Positions 58,185 to 64,000 of a stretch of 64,000 nucleotides of DNA are shown here, piece by piece (position 1 is the first letter of the stretch; every line of letters begins with the position of its first letter). A program made the translations under genes and the position numbers. A model generated the notes under the pieces. The model had not been told where the DNA came from. It ran no database searches and was given only the letters and a program-made list of their open reading frames with translations. The stretch is from an uncultured Spirochaetota bacterium. GTDB lineage: Bacteria > Spirochaetota > Spirochaetia > SZUA-6 > Fen-1364. The stretch spans positions 224,001-288,000 of the forward strand of contig CAWAHW010000006.1 in NCBI GenBank assembly GCA_963781885.1. The letters run 5' to 3'.

Positions 58185-59951
58185 ATGCAGGTCAACAAGA
58201 TCGCCCCTTCCCGCAACGTCCACTCCATCCGGGAGATGGTCGACACATTCCGTGAGGACCGGCTCGGGCTTCCCGCGCTGAAGATGAAAAGGGGGGACGG
58301 CTACTGGACCGTCACCTACGGGGAGCTGCGTGAATCCATCCGCGCACTCGGCGCCGCCCTTCTTGCGCGCGGCGTCCGCCGCGGTGACCGTGTCGGCCTG
58401 ATTTCAGAGAACAGGAGCGAATGGGTCATCACGTACCTCGCCGTGACGTACGCGGGAGCGGTGATCGTCCCCTACGACATCCTCCTGAAGGTGGAGGAGC
58501 TCTCTTCCATCGTCCGCGCGAGCGGCGCGCGCATCATCTTCACCTCCCGCGAATACCGGGACAAGGTCGCCCGCGCGTGCGCGGGCACCGGTGCGGCGGG
58601 GGCGGGTGGCAGCCTCGTGCTCTTCGATGCCGACCCCTCCGGCCCCGTGCCCGAGGGGTGGAATGCGGACGCCTTCACCGCGCTCATGGGGCAGGGCCAG
58701 GCCGCGCGGGCGGGGGGGAAGGAGCCGACGGCGGGCGTCAGCATCGCCCCGGACGATCTGGCCGCCCTCATCTTCACATCGGGAACCACGGGCACACCCA
58801 AGGGGGTCATGCTCTCCCACCGCAACCTCGTGGAAAACGGCGACGGCGTCCAGATGACCACGCCGCTGGGGCCGGGCGACAACTGGATCATCGTCCTTCC
58901 CTTCCACCACACCTACCCGACGAGCATGGGAATCTTCACGCCCCTTCTCAGCTACGGGCAGATCACCTCGGTCCCCTCCATGAAGACCAACGTGCTGGTC
59001 GGCATCATGAAGGAGACGGGGGCCACGTGCGTGCCCGCGATGCCCCTTCTCATCGAGCGCATCTACAAGGGTGTGCTCGCGAACGTGAAGGCGCGGCCGC
59101 CCCTGGTCCGCGGCTTGTTCGCGGTGATGCGGGGGATCAGCAGCTTCTTCTTCAAGGTGCTCCACGTCCGCATCGGCAAGCTCCTCTTCGGCTCCATCGC
59201 GCGGGAGCTCGGCGTGCAGAAGCTGCGCTTCTTCGTCTCCGGGGGCGGACCGATCGCGAAGGACGTCATCGACGGCATGGAGGCGCTCGGGCTCATCACC
59301 TACCAGGGCTACGGCCTCACGGAGACGTCGCCCGTCATCTCTTCCACCTGCCCCGCGCATAACAAGCCCGGGTCCGTCGGGCTGCCACTCTCCAATGTGG
59401 AGGTGCGCATCGAAAGCCCCGACCAGAACGGCAACGGGGAGATCCTGACGCGCGGCTCTAATGTCATGCTCGGCTACTACAACATGCCCGAGAAGACGCG
59501 GGAGGTGATCGATGCCGACGGCTGGCTGCACACCGGTGACATCGGGATGCTGGACGGGGACGGCTACCTCTACATCACGGGGCGCCTGAAGAACATCATC
59601 GTCACGAAGGGCGGCAAGAATATCTATCCCGAGGAGATCGAAAACCTCCTCACGGCAAGCCCCCTGCTTTCCGAGGTCGTGGTGATCGGCAGGCAGGATG
59701 CCGACGGCGGGGAGTATCCCCACGCCATCATTTACCCCGATCCGGAAATACTCGCGGGCATGGAAAAGTCGCAGGGCAGGACATTCGACGACGAGGAGGT
59801 GCGGCGGATCGTGCGCGCGGAAATCCAAAAATGCACCGCCGGTGCCGCGGTCTACAAGATCCCGCGCGGATTCGACGTGTCGCGCGAAGAGCTGCCCAAA
59901 ACCTCCACGCGCAAGGTGAAGCGCTTCATGTTCACCGAGGCGCAGAAATGA
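58185..59951 (+). CDS. long-chain fatty acid--CoA ligase
   Basis: FTSGTTGTPKG, GYGLTET, LHTGDIG, GRLK, GKNIYPEEIE. Confidence 0.93.
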   Translation: MQVNKIAPSRNVHSIREMVDTFREDRLGLPALKMKRGDGYWTVTYGELRESIRALGAALLARGVRRGDRVGLISENRSEWVITYLAVTYAGAVIVPYDILLKVEELSSIVRASGARIIFTSREYRDKVARACAGTGAAGAGGSLVLFDADPSGPVPEGWNADAFTALMGQGQAARAGGKEPTAGVSIAPDDLAALIFTSGTTGTPKGVMLSHRNLVENGDGVQMTTPLGPGDNWIIVLPFHHTYPTSMGIFTPLLSYGQITSVPSMKTNVLVGIMKETGATCVPAMPLLIERIYKGVLANVKARPPLVRGLFAVMRGISSFFFKVLHVRIGKLLFGSIARELGVQKLRFFVSGGGPIAKDVIDGMEALGLITYQGYGLTETSPVISSTCPAHNKPGSVGLPLSNVEVRIESPDQNGNGEILTRGSNVMLGYYNMPEKTREVIDADGWLHTGDIGMLDGDGYLYITGRLKNIIVTKGGKNIYPEEIENLLTASPLLSEVVVIGRQDADGGEYPHAIIYPDPEILAGMEKSQGRTFDDEEVRRIVRAEIQKCTAGAAVYKIPRGFDVSREELPKTSTRKVKRFMFTEAQK

Positions 59952-60044
59952 TGACGCGGGGCTCGCCGTCGAGCCCGTCCGGCGCCCGCGGCTGTTCGCT
60001 GTCCTCTCCGTCTTCTTATTTGTAGATTCATGACGGAGGCGCCG

Positions 60045-60572
60045 ATGAAAGAAGACACGAGCAGCATTCATAACCAGGCCACCTTCGGTGGCGGCTGTTT
60101 CTGGTGCATGGAAGCCGTTCTTCAGCGCATCGAAGGCGTCCTTTCGGTCGCCTCAGGCTACGCGGCAGGCACAACGCCCAACCCGACCTATGAAGAGGTC
60201 TGCACCGGGGAGACCGGCCATGCGGAGGTGGTGCAGGTCACCTTCGATCCCGCCCTCATCACCTACGACGAGATCCTGGACATCTTCTGGCAGGCGCACG
60301 ACCCGACCACGCTCAACCGCCAGGGACCCGACACCGGCACGCAGTACCGCTCCCTCATCCTCTACGCGGACGAGCAGCAGCATGAGGCGGCGGTGAAATC
60401 GATGAAGAAGGCGCAGGGGAAGCTGAAGGCTCCCATCGTGACGGAGATCCTACCGCTGGACACGTTCTGGAAGGCGGAGGGCTACCACCAGAACTACTAC
60501 AATGCGCACGGCAGCGCCGGCTACTGTCGGATGGTCATTTCTCCGAAGCTGAAGAAGCTGAAGCTGGAGTAG
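60045..60572 (+). CDS. msrA: peptide-methionine (S)-S-oxide reductase
   Basis: GGCFWC, GHAE, HDPT..NRQGPD.GTQYRS, AEGYHQNY, GYC. Confidence 0.97.
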   Translation: MKEDTSSIHNQATFGGGCFWCMEAVLQRIEGVLSVASGYAAGTTPNPTYEEVCTGETGHAEVVQVTFDPALITYDEILDIFWQAHDPTTLNRQGPDTGTQYRSLILYADEQQHEAAVKSMKKAQGKLKAPIVTEILPLDTFWKAEGYHQNYYNAHGSAGYCRMVISPKLKKLKLE

Positions 60573-60640
60573 CTCCGCCCGGAGGCTCCCGGCGCATGCA
60601 TTGCGGAAGCCGCCCGATTCTGGTAGCGTGAGCGCTCATC

Positions 60641-61565
60641 ATGAGCACCGCGCCGCTGCCGCCCGCGAAAAATCACACTCTTCCCACGCTCGCCGTCTGG
60701 GGGACGGTCCTTTTCTGGGGGCTGTCCTTCGTGAGCTCCAAGACCATCCTCTCCTCGGGCGTGCCGCCGATGACCATGGTCACCATCCGTTTCGTCGTGG
60801 CCACCGTGATCCTGAACATTTTCCTCCGCCGTTTCGATCCCGCCGCTCGTTTGCGCAGGAAGGACCTCCTGCCCCTCGCCGCGAGCGGGCTCTTCGGCGT
60901 GACGGTGTATTTCTTCTTCGAGGCGCGCGGCATCAAGCTCACCTCCGCCTCCCATGCCTCCCTGATCATCGCCGTGATCCCGGTGATCACCGTGATCGCC
61001 GAGGCCCTGCTCTTCCGCGCGCGCATTTCATGGCTCATCGGCGTGGGGGTCGTGCTCTCCGTCGTCGGCGTCGTGTTCGTCGTGCGGTCGACCGGGCGCG
61101 CCCGGCGATGGGCCGGTGTCCATTGCCGGGGACCTCTTCATGTTCGGCGCCTGCCTGTCGTGGGTGATCTATATCATCCTCAGCCGCAATCTCCACACGC
61201 GGCTTTCGGAAATCGCCATCACCGCCTACCAATGCCTCTTCGGCACCGCGTTCCTCATCCCGTTCGCGCTCCTGGAGATGCGCCAGTGGGTGCCCATCAC
61301 GCTCGTGGCATGGCTCAATCTCGCCTATCTCGCCCTGTTCTGCTCGGCGCTTTCCAATTTCCTCTACGTCTACGCCCTGTCGGCGCTCGGACCCATTGCC
61401 GTGAGCCCCTACATCAATCTCATACCCGTGATCGGCGTGCTGGGCGGAGTGGTCCTGCTCGGGGAGAAGCTGGTGTGGAGCCAGATCGTGGGCGGCGTCA
61501 TCATCCTCGCCGGCGTGCTCCTGGTCAGCTGGAAGCGGCGCGACGCGTCGCCGATCGAAGGCTGA
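60641..61565 (+). CDS. DMT/EamA transporter (frameshift at about 61094)
   Basis: Two EamA repeats of about 10 TMs in total; one extra G splits the ORF. Confidence 0.88.
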
Positions 61566-62400
61566 TCACGGATCGCGTCGTCACGGCCGCGAGGATGATG
61601 ACCCCGCCCACCAGGGCGCGCGGTCCCGGCCGCTCACCCAGGACAAGGAAGACCCAGACCGGATTGAAGATCGGCTCCAGCACCGCCGTGAGGATGGACT
61701 GCAACGCCGTGACGCGCTTCACGCCGTAGGAGAGCAGGAGGGAGGAAATCCCGATCTGGAAGACGCCAAGGAACGCAAGGCCGCCCCATCCGGCGAGCGT
61801 GGGGCTTCCCTGCCAGAGGAACGGTATCGATACGATGATGGTGAGGCCGTGGCTGAGCAGGATGGACTCGATGGACGAGCCGTCCTTCTGGGCGCGGAAG
61901 GATACGATGGCGCCGGCGAAGAAGATGCCGCTTGCGATCGCGAGCAGGTTGCCCAGCATGCCCCCGGCGGTGAGCTTGTCCAGGAAGAAGAGCACCATGC
62001 CGCCGAGCACCACGGCGATGGTCACCCAGTCCAGGACGCCTGCCTTCTCCTTCAGGAATATCCAGCCGAACGCGGCCACCCACAGCGGCGCCGTGTATTG
62101 CAGGAGAATCGCATTCGCGGCGGTGGTGAGCTTGTTCGCCGACACGAATCCGATCATGCACGCCGCGTAGCAGACGGCGCCGGCGATCTGGGCGAAGGAC
62201 CACGTAAAGCGCAGCTTGCGGACGAAGGCGAGGATCACGAGCGCGCCGATGAAGCTCCGCACACCGGCGATGGCGAATGGGTTCCACGAGACGATCTTGA
62301 TGAAAAGCCCCGCGCTGCTCCACAGGATCGCGCAGCCGGCGATCGCCGCGATGGCGACACCCGTCTTGCGGGGGGCAGGCGCGGCGTTTTCCTTTTCCAT
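61525..62400 (-). CDS. DMT/EamA transporter
   Basis: About 10 TMs; LWS.AG, ANAILLQYTAP, LEPIFNP; 3' end overlaps the convergent EamA gene. Confidence 0.92.
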   Translation of the reverse strand: MEKENAAPAPRKTGVAIAAIAGCAILWSSAGLFIKIVSWNPFAIAGVRSFIGALVILAFVRKLRFTWSFAQIAGAVCYAACMIGFVSANKLTTAANAILLQYTAPLWVAAFGWIFLKEKAGVLDWVTIAVVLGGMVLFFLDKLTAGGMLGNLLAIASGIFFAGAIVSFRAQKDGSSIESILLSHGLTIIVSIPFLWQGSPTLAGWGGLAFLGVFQIGISSLLLSYGVKRVTALQSILTAVLEPIFNPVWVFLVLGERPGPRALVGGVIILAAVTTRSVISLRSATRRAASS

Positions 62401-62489
62401 GATGCGGCTGAGAATGTACCTTCAGGACGCCAATGGCAAGCAGGCGCCAGCGGGGGGGCGCGGTCGCGCTGTCGACGCGGGGGACGCTG

Positions 62490-63302
62490 TCAGTCGTCGC
62501 ACCCGAGATAGCACTTCAGCTTCTTGCCGATCAGCCCGGCATACAGCTCGATGTACTTCTTGGCAGGGCTCGCGTTGATCTTGTGGAGCAGCACCTCCTC
62601 CACCTGGAAGAAACCGACGGTGGCCTTCATGTCGATGGTGATGCGGATGGGCTGGCGGACGCCCTTTTCGATGCGCACCTCCTCGATGGATGCGGCCGAG
62701 TACTTGTGGATGTCCCCCATGCGGGACTCCGTGGCGATCATCATGGGGATGCGCGCGCGGCCCTTTTCCATGTCGCAGCCGTCGGCCACGAGCATGAGCC
62801 CCGCCTCCAGCGAATGGATCCTCTGCGTCGCCATGTGCCCGACGATGCACTCCACGGCAAGGGACCTTGCGACGACTTTCCTGCCCACCTCCCGGCCGTA
62901 CACCTCCGTGAGGGTGCGCTCGATGATGGGAAGGGCGAGGTCCGCCCCCGCGTGCTCATGATCGTCGCGGCCGACGCTCATGCCGATGTCGTGGAGCATG
63001 CCCGCGGTGACCAGCGCGACGCAGCTGTCCTCGTAGCTGCCGGCGTCATCCGCCTCCAGGGAAAGCGGTATGCCCGCCGCGTGGAGAATGTCGGCCATCA
63101 CGAGGGCATTCAGCACGACGGAACGCATGTGCACGGGGCCGTGGTCGTTGAACCCGAGCCTCTTGATGGAGACGACGTTCGCGTACTCCTGGAGCGCCTG
63201 GACCTCGGGGTCGTCGAGCAGCAGGTCCGCGGCCTTCCGCGGCAGGCCCGAAAGCCGCGAGCGGATCTCCTTTTCCAGGGAGACCTGTTTGGGCGATTTC
63301 AC
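62490..63302 (-). CDS. HD-superfamily metal-dependent phosphohydrolase
   Basis: RLGFNDHGPVH, LHDIG, ADGCDM..GRAR, IHKYSA. Confidence 0.88.
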   Translation of the reverse strand: MKSPKQVSLEKEIRSRLSGLPRKAADLLLDDPEVQALQEYANVVSIKRLGFNDHGPVHMRSVVLNALVMADILHAAGIPLSLEADDAGSYEDSCVALVTAGMLHDIGMSVGRDDHEHAGADLALPIIERTLTEVYGREVGRKVVARSLAVECIVGHMATQRIHSLEAGLMLVADGCDMEKGRARIPMMIATESRMGDIHKYSAASIEEVRIEKGVRQPIRITIDMKATVGFFQVEEVLLHKINASPAKKYIELYAGLIGKKLKCYLGCDD

Positions 63303-63308
63303 CGACGT

Positions 63309-63836
63309 CTACGTCCAGTGCCGCGCTTCCCGCAGGGCGAGGATCTGGCCGCTGTGATGCCTGCCGTGCCAGGCGTAGATCTGCAGGTTGCGGTCCAGCG
63401 TCGTCGGGCCGTTCTCGGGGTGGAGGAATGTCTTTGCGAAATCTTCGGGCCGCAGGGAGGCGAGCAGGGCGGAGAACCGCGCGTGGAGACCTTCCAGCAG
63501 GGAGAGGGAGAAACCGATGTCCACGCCGGTGACGTCGGCGAGCTTCGCCCAGGCGTCCTGGTCGTAGGGCTTGATCTGCGGCCTGTCCTCCGTGAGGCAG
63601 AGCTTGAAGCGGATGAAGGAGTTCATGTGGCTGTCGGCAATGTGATGGACGATCTGGCGCGGGCACCATCCGCCCTCGCGGTACGGGGTATCCAGCTGTG
63701 CCGCGTCCAGACCCGCGACGGCGCGGCGCAGGTAGGCCGGCAGCTCCGCGATGTTGCGGATCCAGCCCGCGCGCTTGTCGGGCGTCACGTCGGCGTCGTA
63801 GGAGAAGCGACCGATGGGATAGCGGTTCATTTCCAT
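63309..63836 (-). CDS. YfiT/DinB-family thiol S-transferase
   Basis: RYPIG, LDTPYREGGW, HHIADSH, IKPYDQ, YAWHGRHH. Confidence 0.9.
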   Translation of the reverse strand: MEMNRYPIGRFSYDADVTPDKRAGWIRNIAELPAYLRRAVAGLDAAQLDTPYREGGWCPRQIVHHIADSHMNSFIRFKLCLTEDRPQIKPYDQDAWAKLADVTGVDIGFSLSLLEGLHARFSALLASLRPEDFAKTFLHPENGPTTLDRNLQIYAWHGRHHSGQILALREARHWT

Positions 63837-63897
63837 GCCTTGAATGTACCCGAAGCGGCGCTGCCTGCAAAGCCGCGCCACGCGTCCCGTTGCCGGC

Positions 63898-63983
63898 GAA
63901 TGTCACGGAGTACAAATGCCACGGAGTACCATAGACAGGGACGTCGAGGGCGAGCGAGTGCAGGGAGGCACGGAAGCGAGCCC
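63898..63983 (+). repeat. two RAATGYCACGGAGTAC repeats followed by ANGGA-loop hairpins
   Basis: Units at 63898-913 and 63914-929; GAC-AGGGAC-GTC and GTGC-AGGGAG-GCAC hairpins; the element may extend past the window end. Confidence 0.75.
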
Positions 63984-64000
63984 GTGGCCGGCGTGACCGC

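Noticed and set aside
1-64000. tRNA/rRNA genes, IS elements, prophage, defence systems and the many Arg/Pro-rich alternative ORFs
   Set aside because: No recognisable signatures were found; the alternative ORFs overlap well-supported genes and are expected in high-GC DNA.

Overview
This is a GC-rich, gene-dense chromosomal window with about 60 CDS. It is most likely from a free-living Spirochaetota genome (inference from archaeal-type PheRS alpha/beta, an AroF-PheA fusion, a ComFB-plus-extension protein and DUF4416). Housekeeping genes (proS, asd, pheS, pheT, leuS, msrA, mtgA, RNA methyltransferases, acyl-CoA synthetases) are mixed with signalling and envelope genes. I found no rRNA, tRNA, transposase, integrase or CRISPR array. 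Twelve genes, including essential leuS, are split by frameshifts. Ten of these genes carry single extra bases, which points to consensus sequencing error rather than pseudogenes. Main leads: (1) a translationally coupled operon of a secreted SH3 protein, an M48 lipoprotein protease and a CHASE2 adenylyl cyclase, with a FecR-like/TPR gene nearby, which is a candidate trans-envelope signalling system; (2) a TsrM-like B12 radical SAM enzyme preceded by a 104-bp tandem repeat that carries SD-led minigenes; (3) a GH4 glycosidase with an extra N-terminal domain; (4) a clear yjdF riboswitch upstream of yjdF; (5) a dispersed intergenic repeat family (RAATGYCAC-N3-GTAC, with ANGGA hairpins); (6) a putative GntR-controlled small RNA; (7) widespread leaderless promoters. 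Family assignments come from motif recognition only; no database searches were run.
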